Part shown: positions 21,148-31,753 of the stretch, one piece after another | Layout of the letters: every line of letters starts with the position of its first letter | Numbering within the stretch: position 1 is the first letter of the stretch | DNA from: an uncultured delta proteobacterium | GTDB taxonomy: Bacteria; Desulfobacterota; Binatia; Bin18 | Assembly: GCA_963733195.1 (NCBI GenBank) | Contig: CAVTCR010000076.1 | Span: 1-64,000, forward strand | Length of the DNA: 64,000 bases | Reading direction: 5' to 3' | The notes under the pieces: model-generated | Told to the model about the DNA's origin: nothing | The model's input: only the letters and a program-made list of their open reading frames with translations | Database searches by the model: none | Made by a program: the position numbers and the translations under genes

Positions 21148-21957
21148 TTATGGTATCCTCACACAGACCGTAGTTCCAATCGGCGCATTTAATTGCTGTG
21201 CAGCAGAGCCGTTGCGTACGGCGATTTCCAACATTTTCCAACTATTGATGAGGGCCGCGATTGTGCCTAGCGATACAGCTGCATAGGTAGCAACCAGACC
21301 CCGAATTTGTACCGGGCCGATGCTAACCGAAAGGGTTTCGCTTGGGAAGGGGAGCAGGTCTGCCGCGGTAATATTAGTAATAAGATTGCCAAAATGATCG
21401 ACGGCAATCACGCTCCCTGTGAGCTGTGTGTCCGTTCGTTCGACGGCGGGCAGTGAGAGTTGTTCTATTGTGGGTATGACCGGACCCAATACCTCAGGCG
21501 ATATCCCACGTGAGAGGTGGGCAGCAACAGGAGCGAAAACATCACGCCCGTGAAATGTGTGGCTAGGGTGTGGCAAGAAATACTCTGCGTTGGTGAGATG
21601 GATAATTTGCACGATCGACTCTGGTGGAGTGGCTAAGCTAAGAAGGCCGTTGTCGGGACCAACAAACAAGGCGTCGTGGGTCTCGACGACCACAGCGCGT
21701 CGTTGACTGCCAACACTAGGGTCTACGACCGCAACGTGAATAGTACCAGACGGGAAGAATGGTGCCGCACTACGCAAGATCAACGCTCCGGTGAGAATGT
21801 CTTGTGGTGGAACGTTATGGGAAAGGTCGACGAGTTGGGCTTCTGGAGCAATGCCGAGGATCACTCCTTTCATAATACCGACAAAAGCCTCACGCATGCC
21901 GAAGTCGGTGAGTAACGTGATAAGATGAGGAGAGGGTGGGCGAACTTTCATTGCCAT
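21148..21957 (-). CDS. DUF62 / SAM-dependent chlorinase-fluorinase family (likely SAM hydrolase)
   Basis: ITLLTDFG, HVAVVDP, GPDNG, TFHGRDVFAP, DHFGNLITN. Confidence 0.88.
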   Translation of the reverse strand: MAMKVRPPSPHLITLLTDFGMREAFVGIMKGVILGIAPEAQLVDLSHNVPPQDILTGALILRSAAPFFPSGTIHVAVVDPSVGSQRRAVVVETHDALFVGPDNGLLSLATPPESIVQIIHLTNAEYFLPHPSHTFHGRDVFAPVAAHLSRGISPEVLGPVIPTIEQLSLPAVERTDTQLTGSVIAVDHFGNLITNITAADLLPFPSETLSVSIGPVQIRGLVATYAAVSLGTIAALINSWKMLEIAVRNGSAAQQLNAPIGTTVCVRIP

Positions 21958-22090
21958 ATCAAAGTAACGTCTTGACTATAAACGAGCAACCTAAGAGAAA
22001 AAGGGCGCTTTCCGAAAGAGCCGGTTGGAAAATACACGCTGGAGCCATTCGAACAAGCAAGGGGCAACGAGACAAAAGGAACAATCACTT

Positions 22091-24061
22091 GTGACTGAGC
22101 AAGTCCCGGGCAAAATTCTGAATGGGAAATATCGCCTCTTAGCTGTACTGGGTGAAGGGGCGATGGGAGTCGTCTATCGGGCTGAGCAGCTTGATGTGAC
22201 GGGACGCTCTTTACGCGAGGTCGCGTTGAAAACCTTGCGTCCTGCCTTGTCCAACGATGAGAATTTTTCGCGGCGCTTTCTGGACGAAGTGCGGGTTGCC
22301 GCGCAACTCCGTAGCGCACACATCGTGACTCTGTACGATGTCGGGGCCGATGAGAATGGACAATTGTATTACACTATGGAGTTCGTACGAGGGCAGACTC
22401 TCAAAGAAGTGCTCCAGCGTGAAGGGCCGCTTATCATTTCGCGTGTGGCCGCGATTACCGAACAGATCTGTGATGCGTTGACCGAGGCCCATAGCTTGCC
22501 ACATCCCATCGTGCATCGTGACTTGAAGCCAGCCAATATCTTCATCGAGCAGCGGCGAGAGGGCGAGTTAGTAAAAGTTGGAGACTTTGGTATTGCCAAA
22601 ATTTTAGGAGAACAACATACGCAGCCCACCGCTGTCGGTACCCCAGGACCTGGCACGCCTCGCTACATGGCACCTGAACAGTGGAAAGGAGCAGAACTCA
22701 GCAATCGCACGGACCTCTATGCCCTTGGTGGGATGATGTATGAGCTGCTGTCCGGCATCCCCCCCTTTGTTGTGCAAGGTGGAGGAATTGAGGCGCTCAT
22801 GTACCAACACCTGACCCAGCCACCACCGCCGTTGCCGACTACAATTCCGGCAGAAATTCGTAGCTTGATTGGACGACTATTGGCCAAGGAGCCCGCAGAT
22901 CGCCCCCAAGACGCACTGGTGGTGAGTCAGACATTGAAAACCGCTCTGGCCGGAGCGCAAGAAGAAAAGACGATCATCCTTCAGGCCGCTGAGGAGATGG
23001 TAACTGAGGTTCTTGCTCCGACGAGAAAGGGGAACACCAGAGAGCAGCACTCCAGTCAGCCAGTACTGCCGAAACAACCGAGTCTGGTACGAGAAATTTC
23101 TCGTCCGCAGGGTACCATTTCGTCGTCACTAGAAAAGAAACCTCATAAGCAGAAAGGAACGAGAAAGAAAGGACGAGTGATTTCAACCGTTGTGGTGGCA
23201 CTTGGCATCTTCCTTGGGGGCAGCGCGCTTTTCAAAGCAGATTTGTGGGAAAAATATGGGGAGCGAGTCACGATGGGGCCATGGCCAGCATTGAACGTCG
23301 AGAGAAAAAACGAGCCAGTACAGGGAACTTCTACAACACAGCAGGATCAATCTTCCGTTACGAAACCTGATGAGGCGTTGCGGGAAAGTCAGAATCCAGT
23401 AGGGGGAACTGCCACTGTGCAATCTCCGCTTATCGAGAAACCACCACCTAATCCATCGCCGTCTTCGTCTTCTTTATCCACGCCTACTGACAACCCGCCG
23501 GTTGAGCTCCCGCCGTCGCTACCGCAAGGAAGGCTAATGGTTTCGGTGAACGTTGAGGCTGCCAAAGTCAGTCTCAACGGTAAGTATGTTGGTATAGCGC
23601 GCGATGGAACACCATTAGAGATCGCTAAGCTCGCCGTCGGCCAGCAACAGGTGCGAGTGGAAGCAGATGGCTATGAGTCCATGGAATATACCGCGAACAT
23701 TCAGGACGGCAAGTTGACGACGTTGGAATTTCCTCTTGTCCGTTTACTCAGCGCACCGCCATCGGCTTCTGTATCCATGCCGCTGGATCGTTCGCGTCCT
23801 GTTCCTACATCGACAAGTCCCCAGCAGCAAGTTGTCCCACCCTCGTCAGGCAACGAGAATACTCCAGCAGGGAACTTCTCTGGCCCAGATGGGAAGCCAA
23901 TCTTAAAATCACCACTTGAGAGAAGGCGGAAAATGCTGAGAAACAAAGAAAATCGAGCGGTGGGACCCCTTGGAGCACGAAATCGTCGAATTCCGCCTGA
24001 TTTTCCACGCCCTCGCCCGAAAGTGCCCCGAAGCCAAGCTGGCCGTTCTTCTGGACGATGA
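22091..24061 (+). CDS. Membrane Ser/Thr protein kinase with a PEGA-like extracytoplasmic domain
   Basis: LGEGAMGVV, VALK, HRDLKPAN, DFGIAK, GTPRYMAPEQ; TM helix; G.LMVSVNVEAAKVSLNG...VEADGY. Confidence 0.9.
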   Translation: MTEQVPGKILNGKYRLLAVLGEGAMGVVYRAEQLDVTGRSLREVALKTLRPALSNDENFSRRFLDEVRVAAQLRSAHIVTLYDVGADENGQLYYTMEFVRGQTLKEVLQREGPLIISRVAAITEQICDALTEAHSLPHPIVHRDLKPANIFIEQRREGELVKVGDFGIAKILGEQHTQPTAVGTPGPGTPRYMAPEQWKGAELSNRTDLYALGGMMYELLSGIPPFVVQGGGIEALMYQHLTQPPPPLPTTIPAEIRSLIGRLLAKEPADRPQDALVVSQTLKTALAGAQEEKTIILQAAEEMVTEVLAPTRKGNTREQHSSQPVLPKQPSLVREISRPQGTISSSLEKKPHKQKGTRKKGRVISTVVVALGIFLGGSALFKADLWEKYGERVTMGPWPALNVERKNEPVQGTSTTQQDQSSVTKPDEALRESQNPVGGTATVQSPLIEKPPPNPSPSSSSLSTPTDNPPVELPPSLPQGRLMVSVNVEAAKVSLNGKYVGIARDGTPLEIAKLAVGQQQVRVEADGYESMEYTANIQDGKLTTLEFPLVRLLSAPPSASVSMPLDRSRPVPTSTSPQQQVVPPSSGNENTPAGNFSGPDGKPILKSPLERRRKMLRNKENRAVGPLGARNRRIPPDFPRPRPKVPRSQAGRSSGR

Positions 24062-24111
24062 GATCGTTTTTATCTCTTGCCCGGTTTCCTCTACTGACTA
24101 CTAATTACTGG

Positions 24112-24528
24112 TTACCCTTTCCCTCCTGAGAGCTTATACACTAATGACCCTTTGGCCACGCGTTCACCTGACGGGGAAACAACGTCGACATCGACGAACA
24201 CTACACTCCGGCCTCGACGAATGACACGAGCTTCTGCCGCCAAATCGACAGCTTCCGCCGCGGCCAAATAGTTGACGGTCATGCTCGCAGTTGCACCGCG
24301 AGTAATCTCTGGAGGAACATTCGACCATACAGCGACGACTCCAGCACTATCAACGAGTGATGCAATTGCTCCCCCATGTACGACTTCGCCTTCTGTCCGT
24401 AGTCCAGGATGGAACGGTAAACGCATGCGGCAAAAGTCTGGGCGGACTTCGTCAATTTGTAAGCCGAGAACTGTGAAAAAAGGTTCTGCGATCCGGTCAC
24501 GAAAGATTGTGGTTTTGTCCTGTTGCAT
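24112..24528 (-). CDS. PaaI family thioesterase
   Basis: VHGGAIASLVD, T..MTVNYL, VIRRGR. Confidence 0.88.
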   Translation of the reverse strand: MQQDKTTIFRDRIAEPFFTVLGLQIDEVRPDFCRMRLPFHPGLRTEGEVVHGGAIASLVDSAGVVAVWSNVPPEITRGATASMTVNYLAAAEAVDLAAEARVIRRGRSVVFVDVDVVSPSGERVAKGSLVYKLSGGKG

Positions 24529-24663
24529 GATTTCCTACGTATTGCTTTCTATCGTGTGAAACTTGTCTATTATCTTTTCTTCACTCTTCCTTATTTCCTC
24601 TCTCTCCCCTTCAGCCTATCTTCCTATTTTTCATTCTTAATTCTTCACTCTATTTTCTTCGTC

Positions 24664-25854
24664 TTACCACCGTGGCATTTCCAAGAGCTTGATCCCGAGA
24701 GCGTTCTTGCCCACCAGCTCGCGCATCCGCGCATTTGAAAATGGATGATTGGTGCCGGCACGTACATCGCGGTAATAACGCTCCAACGGATGTTTCTTAA
24801 AAATTCCAATAGAACCAACTATTTCCATCGCCAGGTCAACGATGCGGATCGCATTGTTCGTCGCGACATACTTCGGCATACAGATCCGGGCGAGCCCGTC
24901 TTCACCCTCAAATCGTTCTCCGGCAATCCAGGCCTTCGCGGTTTCCAATGTATAGGCGCGAGTCGAAGCAAGCAGCATCTCTGCCTCAGCAACGGCGAAC
25001 TGCACGCCGGGAAGGTACTTGATTGAGCGAGGGAGCGGCATCGGTTGGTGGCGATTAGCAAACTCCTTGGCAAAGTTGAGTGCAGCGATAGCGACTCCAG
25101 TATAAATCGAAGCGATACTCAGCGAGAACCAAGCAAATAAACTCAAATCTTCAGGGAGAATCTCGCCGATTGGGCGAATACGCATGGCATGGTCCAGTGG
25201 AACACGACAATCAGTGATAATCAGATCATGACTTGCTGTGGCTCGCATACCCATGGCGTTCCAATTCTCAACGGTTTGCAGCCCTGGCGTGCCTTTGGGG
25301 ACAAGAAATGTCCCGCCGAGTAGTCCAGCGTCTGGGTCTTGGACGGTAACCAACACCATGAAGAGATCGATAACTGGAGACAAGCTGGTAAATGCCTTGC
25401 GTCCGTTCAGGACGTACGAGTCTCCTTCTTTCACTGCCCGTGAGATGAACAATCCCCAATTCCCACCGGTCTCTGGTTCGGTCAAGCCACCTCCCATGAT
25501 CTGCCGTTGGTGACCCATGGCGTTGAGAAAACTCTGGGCTTGTGGACGCAGGATGTCTCCACGTTCGACCATCGAACCAAGGCCAAAGAGGTGCATGTTG
25601 ATAGCAAGGGCAGTTGCCCCACAGCCTTGCGCGAGTCGCTCTTGACACAGGCAATAGTCCACTAAGTTGGCACCGAGTCCTCCATGCTCTTCGGGCAGTA
25701 TCAGCGCCGTATAGCCGGTATCCTTCATGCGCTGGATATTTTCAAAGGGAAAAGAATTGTTCTGGTCGTGTTCGGCAGCGCGGGTGGCAAAATCATCTGC
25801 GAGTTCGCCAGCCAAGGCAAGCAATCTGGTGCGCTTCTCGTTATGAGTACTCAC
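24664..25854 (-). CDS. Acyl-CoA dehydrogenase family protein
   Basis: LTEP, LNGRKAFTS, WNAMGMRATASH, LERYYRDVR. Confidence 0.9.
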   Translation of the reverse strand: MSTHNEKRTRLLALAGELADDFATRAAEHDQNNSFPFENIQRMKDTGYTALILPEEHGGLGANLVDYCLCQERLAQGCGATALAINMHLFGLGSMVERGDILRPQAQSFLNAMGHQRQIMGGGLTEPETGGNWGLFISRAVKEGDSYVLNGRKAFTSLSPVIDLFMVLVTVQDPDAGLLGGTFLVPKGTPGLQTVENWNAMGMRATASHDLIITDCRVPLDHAMRIRPIGEILPEDLSLFAWFSLSIASIYTGVAIAALNFAKEFANRHQPMPLPRSIKYLPGVQFAVAEAEMLLASTRAYTLETAKAWIAGERFEGEDGLARICMPKYVATNNAIRIVDLAMEIVGSIGIFKKHPLERYYRDVRAGTNHPFSNARMRELVGKNALGIKLLEMPRW

Positions 25855-25884
25855 GGGTAAGACACCTCCATGTAACAATAGGTT

Positions 25885-26262
25885 CTAGAATATGGAAATA
25901 CTTCCACTAGATGAAGGAGCAGAGTGTGGATCGACGGTGTGTACAGGGGGTTGCATTGGCGGTTGGTAAGGAAAAAAAGTCACCGCAACGAAAACGTACA
26001 ATAAACAGCCGAGAACAATAAAGAGCGAGTTGTCCATGAATTTTGCCGGGCCAATCTCAACATTCTTACTTCCCTGCTTCCAGCGTAAGAAGAAAACGAT
26101 CGGGACCGTGATTACGAGAGCAATCGCGGCGGGATATATCGCAAACGTTGGTGGGGTGCGCTCGATCCCAGCGTCGATGTACGGCTTCAACCGCAGACCC
26201 GAGGTAATCGCTGCCAGCAGGACGGAGAGGCCGGTGATGCCAAGTCCGATGAGTTGGTTCAT
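25885..26262 (-). CDS. Hypothetical membrane protein (about 3 TM)
   Basis: Three hydrophobic segments; co-oriented with the downstream gene. Confidence 0.55.
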   Translation of the reverse strand: MNQLIGLGITGLSVLLAAITSGLRLKPYIDAGIERTPPTFAIYPAAIALVITVPIVFFLRWKQGSKNVEIGPAKFMDNSLFIVLGCLLYVFVAVTFFPYQPPMQPPVHTVDPHSAPSSSGSISIF

Positions 26263-26378
26263 GGTGAGTAATAGTTTTATGCCGTTTTTTTTCGTGCGTC
26301 TAGCAAATCATTGCCGGGCTTGTTTGCCTGGAGAAAGCCAGATAAGCCGGAAAAGAAACGACAATCAACGTAACCCTT

Positions 26379-26972
26379 ATGAAAGTGTCATCCGTCGAAT
26401 TTGCTGGAGCGGCGACCCAACCAGGCGGTGCTCCGAAACTGTTTTACCCGGAGATCGCCTTCGCTGGACGCTCGAACGTTGGCAAATCATCGCTGATCAA
26501 TCGGTTGCTGGAACGGAAGATTGCACGCACCAGCTCGACGCCGGGACGAACGCAGCAGCTTAATTTCTTCGTTATCAATAACACGCTGACGTTCGTCGAT
26601 TTGCCGGGTTATGGATATGCCAAAGTCTCAAAGCAGGACCGCCAACACTGGCGGCAACTGATCGAAGACTACTTAGTGAAGGCGCGCAACCTTCGCGGCG
26701 TGATTATCATTGTGGACGTCCGCCGTGGACCGGAAGCGGAGGAAGAAGCACTCTGTAATTTCTTAGCCCATCATCAACGGCCTTTTCTTATCGTTGCAAC
26801 AAAAAGTGATAAACTCAAACGCACAGAACTCGAACAGCGACAAAAAGCGTTAACCGCGCAACTCGATGGTTATGAACCGCTTATTTTTTCCGCTGAAACT
26901 AGTATCGGTAAGGATGAATTGTGGCAAGCAATTGAGGAACTGGTCTCTAAGAACGTGAAACGTGATACGTAA
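26379..26972 (+). CDS. engB: Ribosome biogenesis GTPase YihA/EngB
   Basis: GRSNVGKSS, TPGRTQ, DLPGYGYA, TKSDK. Confidence 0.95.
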   Translation: MKVSSVEFAGAATQPGGAPKLFYPEIAFAGRSNVGKSSLINRLLERKIARTSSTPGRTQQLNFFVINNTLTFVDLPGYGYAKVSKQDRQHWRQLIEDYLVKARNLRGVIIIVDVRRGPEAEEEALCNFLAHHQRPFLIVATKSDKLKRTELEQRQKALTAQLDGYEPLIFSAETSIGKDELWQAIEELVSKNVKRDT

Positions 26973-27041
26973 AACGTAAACATGAACGAAAGCATCGATT
27001 TCCCTATTACGCATCACGCATTACGTACTACGCTTTTCCCC

Positions 27042-27923
27042 ATGCCCAAAGTTTCTGTCATCATCCCGACCTATAATCGCAGTGAATTGGTACGGGAAGC
27101 GATTGCTTCAGTTCTTGCGCAATCGTTCAGTGATTTCGAACTCATTGTTGTTGATGATGGATCTGAGGATGGAACGGCTGAAGCGGTGCGAGAGTTTGCC
27201 GAAATTTGCTACGTGTATCAACCGAACCGTGGAGTTTCTGCTGCACGAAACCACGGTGTTTCCTTGAGTGCTGGTGAGTTGATCGCTTTTCTCGATTCGG
27301 ATGATCTGTGGCAACCGTGCAAGCTCGAACAACAAGTTGCCTTTTTTACTGAGTATACCGAAGCGCAGATTTGTCAGACTGAGGAAATCTGGCTGCGCAA
27401 CGGTGTACGTGTGAATCCACACAATAAGCATCGTAAGGTTGGAGGTGATATTTTCGCACGGAGCCTTGAGCTTTGTCTGGTGAGCCCCTCGGCGGTGATG
27501 ATGCGTCGCGAGTTGTTTGAACGTATAGGTGGGTTTGATGAAGCCTTGCCTGCCTGTGAAGACTATGATCTGTGGTTACGCATAGCGGCGATCATGCCGG
27601 TACATTTAATCGAAACACCGTTAGTGATCAAACGTGGTGGGCATGCGGACCAACTTTCGCATCAGTTTTGGGGGATGGATCGCTTTCGCATAAATGCCTT
27701 GTGTAAGCTTTTGCGGTCAACTGCATTGTCAGACGAGCAACGTCAGCAGACCGAACACGTGCTGCAGAGGAAATGTCTGATTCTCGCGTGCGGTGCAGAG
27801 AAGCGCGGACAGAATGGAGCGCAATATCGAGAACTGGCAGCGAAATATATCCGCACTTCATCTGAGCAGCACGGTGAAAAGACCGGAAAGGAAGAAGCGT
27901 GCCACCTTTCGTTGATGAACTAG
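27042..27923 (+). CDS. Glycosyltransferase family 2
   Basis: VSVIIPTYNR, VVDDGS, FLDSDD, EDYDLWLR, GGHADQLS. Confidence 0.92.
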   Translation: MPKVSVIIPTYNRSELVREAIASVLAQSFSDFELIVVDDGSEDGTAEAVREFAEICYVYQPNRGVSAARNHGVSLSAGELIAFLDSDDLWQPCKLEQQVAFFTEYTEAQICQTEEIWLRNGVRVNPHNKHRKVGGDIFARSLELCLVSPSAVMMRRELFERIGGFDEALPACEDYDLWLRIAAIMPVHLIETPLVIKRGGHADQLSHQFWGMDRFRINALCKLLRSTALSDEQRQQTEHVLQRKCLILACGAEKRGQNGAQYRELAAKYIRTSSEQHGEKTGKEEACHLSLMN

Positions 27924-28432
27924 CCGTGTACGCCCAAGAGAAGCGGCTTACCCCGCAGACGATGGCTCGGTGGCAACAATGGACAGAAGACGATCAAGCC
28001 ATGCTTCTTGCCGTGGCAAAGGAGCTACAGCTTAACGAGAACCAGCTTCGCGATTTTCTCGACTGGATCGAAGAAATTATGGCGCGTGATGGTAAAACCG
28101 TCCGCGATGTACTGACGCACGCCGATGTGCAACGACCCCTTGAGGCGAAACTCTCTCGTAACGATAAACTGAAAGTAGTCAAAGAGCGTCTCCGCAAGAT
28201 TCGCTATCCTCGTCTTTCCAAGTTGGAGGATGATCTACGCGTGACGATCAAGGCGCTAGACCTTGGCAACCGAGTGCGTATATCATTCCCGCCGGCGTTG
28301 GAAGGTGATGAGATCACTTTTGCAATTAAAGCGCGTAATGTGAAGGAATTAGGAGAAAGTCTTGTTCGTTTGCAGCAGAAGCTTGCGGATGGCTCCCTAC
28401 AACGTGTGTTTGAGTTGATGGATGAAGTATGA
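27899..28432 (+). CDS. Hypothetical helical protein, overlapping the GT2 3' end
   Basis: 177-aa ORF in operon; LRKIRYPRL...PPALEG. Confidence 0.75.
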   Translation: MPPFVDELAVYAQEKRLTPQTMARWQQWTEDDQAMLLAVAKELQLNENQLRDFLDWIEEIMARDGKTVRDVLTHADVQRPLEAKLSRNDKLKVVKERLRKIRYPRLSKLEDDLRVTIKALDLGNRVRISFPPALEGDEITFAIKARNVKELGESLVRLQQKLADGSLQRVFELMDEV

Positions 28433-28493
28433 AGGGGAGTGGAGTCTAAGAGTCTCGGAGTCTGGGAGTCTAAGAGTCGAGAACGGACAACAG

Positions 28494-29604
28494 ATGAAAC
28501 TCGTATCAGCCGAGTGAAATTTTCATCGAGCAAGGAGAAGAAAACACTCCTGTCGTACAACGAGTGCTTGCTCGTCTTCCGCAGGTTCCAGTACGCATTG
28601 TTGAGAAAGGCTGGGAGCGTGACGGACTTCCAGCCGTTGAGGCGGACGGTTTTGCAGCGGGAAAGCGACAGTTCCTGTTTACGCGTCAGCGCTCGACGTT
28701 TCTTGAACACTGTCCCGCAGGCACCTCAGGCCTTGTCTGCTGTAATTATCTCGTTGTGACTCTTATCTCCAATTGCCCGATGGACTGTAGCTACTGTTTT
28801 CTGCAAGAGTACCTTGCCAACAACCCAACCTTAAAAGTGTACACGAATGTAGAAGATCTGCTGAGCCAGGTGGCAACTGCAATCGACCGCCATCCCTCAC
28901 AGCAATTTCGTATTGGCACTGGTGAACTTTCAGATAGCCTCGCGCTTGATCCGTTGCTTGGATTTTCTGCTGATTTGGTGCCGTTTTTCGCTAAGCGGAA
29001 GAATGTGCTGCTTGAGCTGAAAACCAAAAGTGACTGTGTTGACGGTCTGCTCTCACTCGATCCCAAAGATCGGGTGGTAGTTTCCTGGTCGATGACACCG
29101 CCAGCAATTATCGAAAGTGAAGAACATCAGACCGCCTCGTTTGTGGCGCGGCTTGCTGCGGCGCAACGCGTACAAGCGGCTGGCTACAAACTAGGGTTTC
29201 ATTTTGATCCATTGATTGAATATCCCGACTGGGAGCGAGGTTACTACGAAACTATCTCGCAAATCTTTTCGACTATCGATCCACAACGAGTTGCGTGGGT
29301 GAGTCTCGGGAGTTTGCGCATGACACCTGCGTTACGCAATACGGTGCGGCGACGTTTTCCGCAAACGCGCATTCTGTCTGGTGAGCAGATTCCTTGCGCT
29401 GATGGGAAATGGCGCACCTTTCAAGCATTACGAGTGAAAATGTACCGTACCATCATAGGATGGCTTGAAGACGCTGCACCGAATGTTCCGCACTATATGT
29501 GTATGGAAACGGCCGCGGTGTGGGAGAAAGTGCGCGGCTACGCGCCCAACTGTGATAAAGATGTGGCGCGGACGCTTACCGAGCCCAATTTGGTTCAGTT
29601 GTAA
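28494..29604 (+). CDS. Spore photoproduct lyase-like radical SAM protein (5' frameshift near 28500)
   Basis: CPMDCSYC CX3CX2C; RIGTGELSDSL, ELKTKS, FHFDP, CME. Confidence 0.85.
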
Positions 29605-29711
29605 GCGACGAAGAGAAATCAAAAAGAAAAGGCGGAAGGCTATAGGCATTAGGGCCACCCCGTCCTTCCCTTTAGCCTGCAGTCTATGGCCTATAGCCTA
29701 TTTCGTTACTC

Positions 29712-30914
29712 ATGACTCTCTTCCGCCGTTTGACGGCTGATCATGATCCCCAAGTTGTCATTCTTTCGTTAATGACGTTGGTGATCATGCTTGGATCAAG
29801 TGTGATCTCGCCAGTGTTACCCCTCATCGCCCAGGAGTTCGGTGTCTCGTATGCCGGTGCCGGTGCACTCGTGGCTGCTTTTGCGCTAGGACGTATCCCG
29901 TTCGATTTCATCGGCGGTGCTGCCGTCGATCGTTTGAGCCCGCGACTTATTGCCTGTGGTGGTGCGGCGATTGTGGCTATTTCTGCTGCGCTTTCAGCGA
30001 TAGCCAAGAGTTTCTCCGCTCTACTTTGGTATCGGCTGCTCGGCGGAATCGGATCGGCACTGTTCACGATCACCGCGATGGCATTCCTTGCTCGTACGGT
30101 TGCGCCACAGCGCATGGGGCGAGCGATGGGCTTCTACCAAAGCATGCTCTTGGTTGGGGTTTCCATCGGTCCTAGTGTCGGCGGTCTCGCTGCGAGTATC
30201 TTTCACGACCTGCGTGCGCCCTTTTGGGCGATGTCCGTATTATCTCTGCTGGTCGCAATTGTAGGCATGTGGTGGATCGGAGAGTTTCCTATAGTTGCAG
30301 AACACAGCACAACAGCGAAGTCGGACTCGGCTCGAGAGGTATTGTCTCACCTTCTGCGCGATTGGAACTTTGTTTTTGCCTGCATATTAACGCTGCTCCT
30401 CTTTGGGATTCGTTCTGGCATTAGCCTCAATCTGATGCCGCTGTTTGCTCAGGAGAAAATGGGACTGAGCGAAACCGGTATTGGCCTTACGCAGTCCTTG
30501 TGTTCGTTAGCGAACTTTTGCGTGCTGTGGCACGGCGGACGACTGCTTGATCGTGTCGGTCGCCGTTGGGTAACGCTGGTGAGTTTGTGGGCAACTGTGC
30601 TGACGATTTTGTGGTTTCCGTGGGCGACAACGTTCACACTATTAGTGATTGTCAGTGTCGCGTTTGGTGCAGCGATCGGCTATCTCGGGCCAGCACCTGC
30701 AGCAGTGATTGCCGACCTGACACCGCCAGGAAAAGCTGGGACAGTGATGGGATTGTATCGTGGCGCCGGAGATACAGGGTTACTCCTTGGGCCGGTTTGC
30801 GTTGGGTGGCTTGCTGGCCACCTCGGCTTCGATCTCGCCTTTGTTGTTACCGCAGGATGTACGGCGCTTGTTGCACTACTGGGGATTGGGACGCGAGAGA
30901 CGCTGAGAGCCTAG
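29712..30914 (+). CDS. MFS transporter
   Basis: About 12 TM; G..VDRL and GRLLDRVGRR motif A; GRAMG. Confidence 0.92.
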   Translation: MTLFRRLTADHDPQVVILSLMTLVIMLGSSVISPVLPLIAQEFGVSYAGAGALVAAFALGRIPFDFIGGAAVDRLSPRLIACGGAAIVAISAALSAIAKSFSALLWYRLLGGIGSALFTITAMAFLARTVAPQRMGRAMGFYQSMLLVGVSIGPSVGGLAASIFHDLRAPFWAMSVLSLLVAIVGMWWIGEFPIVAEHSTTAKSDSAREVLSHLLRDWNFVFACILTLLLFGIRSGISLNLMPLFAQEKMGLSETGIGLTQSLCSLANFCVLWHGGRLLDRVGRRWVTLVSLWATVLTILWFPWATTFTLLVIVSVAFGAAIGYLGPAPAAVIADLTPPGKAGTVMGLYRGAGDTGLLLGPVCVGWLAGHLGFDLAFVVTAGCTALVALLGIGTRETLRA

Positions 30915-31087
30915 ATCGAATCATATGGCATTGGCACACAACCAAGCTTTGGGATTTGCTCGTTTCTCTATCGGGCCATGTTCTTATTGAGTCATTGACT
31001 CATCGGGCCATCGGGTCATCGAGGAAAACACCTTTCCAATTTTTCAATGGCTCGACGGTTCAAATTTTCAATCCTTCCACCCTTCAA

Positions 31088-31350
31088 TCACTCAATCGCC
31101 CGATGACTCAATTCAGCGAGCAATTCCCTCGCTTTCGGATCCACCGTATCAAACCCTTCCGTGAGCCAGTGGTAGACCTCGGATAACATGCTGTGTGCTT
31201 CGTTGAGCTTCTCATGTGATTCGTGTTGCATGTGACGTGCTCCCCGCTCAGAGGCTTGTTGGTGTCGTAGCCGGATGAGGCTCATCACTGCGCGCAACTC
31301 CAGAGATTTTGCTTGCTGTGAACGGGCGACATCGATGGCTTGCAGAAAGC
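31088..31350 (-). pseudogene. Orphan 3' end of a wHTH-AAA-TPR regulator (module 1)
   Basis: [24 protein letters not shown]...YHWLTEGFDT matches the C-terminus of 33224-36517; joined almost directly to the promoter repeat. Confidence 0.8.
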
Positions 31351-31370
31351 CCCCATCCGCTCGCTGCCGT

Positions 31371-31506
31371 GCGCACTTGTAGCGAAAACTGAACGCAAAC
31401 ACAACGCAAACTTAACGCCCCTTTAACGCCGCGCGCCTCGCATTTAACAGCGGCGGTTCGTAAATTGACGACATGACGAAGAGGAAATGTCAATCAGTGA
31501 GTGAAT
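31371..31506. repeat. 136-bp direct repeat, copy 1 (divergent promoter plus start of the small gene)
   Basis: One mismatch versus 36540-36675 by manual alignment. Confidence 0.92.
31392..31466 (+). promoter_or_regulatory. Four AACGC boxes at 11-bp period plus a candidate -10 (TAAATT)
   Basis: AACGC at 31392, 31403, 31414, 31425; TAAATT 31461-31466 lies 6 nt before ATG 31473. Confidence 0.65.
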
Positions 31507-31610
31507 CAGGCGGAATTCTGTTAGGCCACGCCGTTCAATTCCACTCATCCAAGGAATTGCTGGAGTTCTTTATGCAAGTGCCCAGCACCGTTCGTACGAA
31601 GCCACCGTAG
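31473..31610 (+). pseudogene. Internally deleted paralog of the small protein at 36642-36905 (45 aa, in frame)
   Basis: MTKRKCQSVSE-SGGILLGHAVQFHSSKELLEFFMQVPSTVRTKPP*; lacks the RAFVVQF...GRVEH core. Confidence 0.75.
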
Positions 31611-31753
31611 GTGCCGTCACCACGCTGGAAACAGACTCTTGAGAATAAGGACACCCGACATTCCGCAAGGGCTGAGAGAAACAGTTACTTATTGAATCGA
31701 TATTCGACGAATCAGCGAACAACCTAACTCTACAACTTAAGGAGAAGAGAATT

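Noticed and set aside
21148-21957. Halogenase (fluorinase/chlorinase) pathway
   Set aside because: DUF62 members in housekeeping context are usually SAM hydrolases; no biosynthetic cluster nearby.
28494-29604. Evidence of endospore formation
   Set aside because: SPL-like radical SAM proteins occur widely in non-sporulators; no sporulation genes here.
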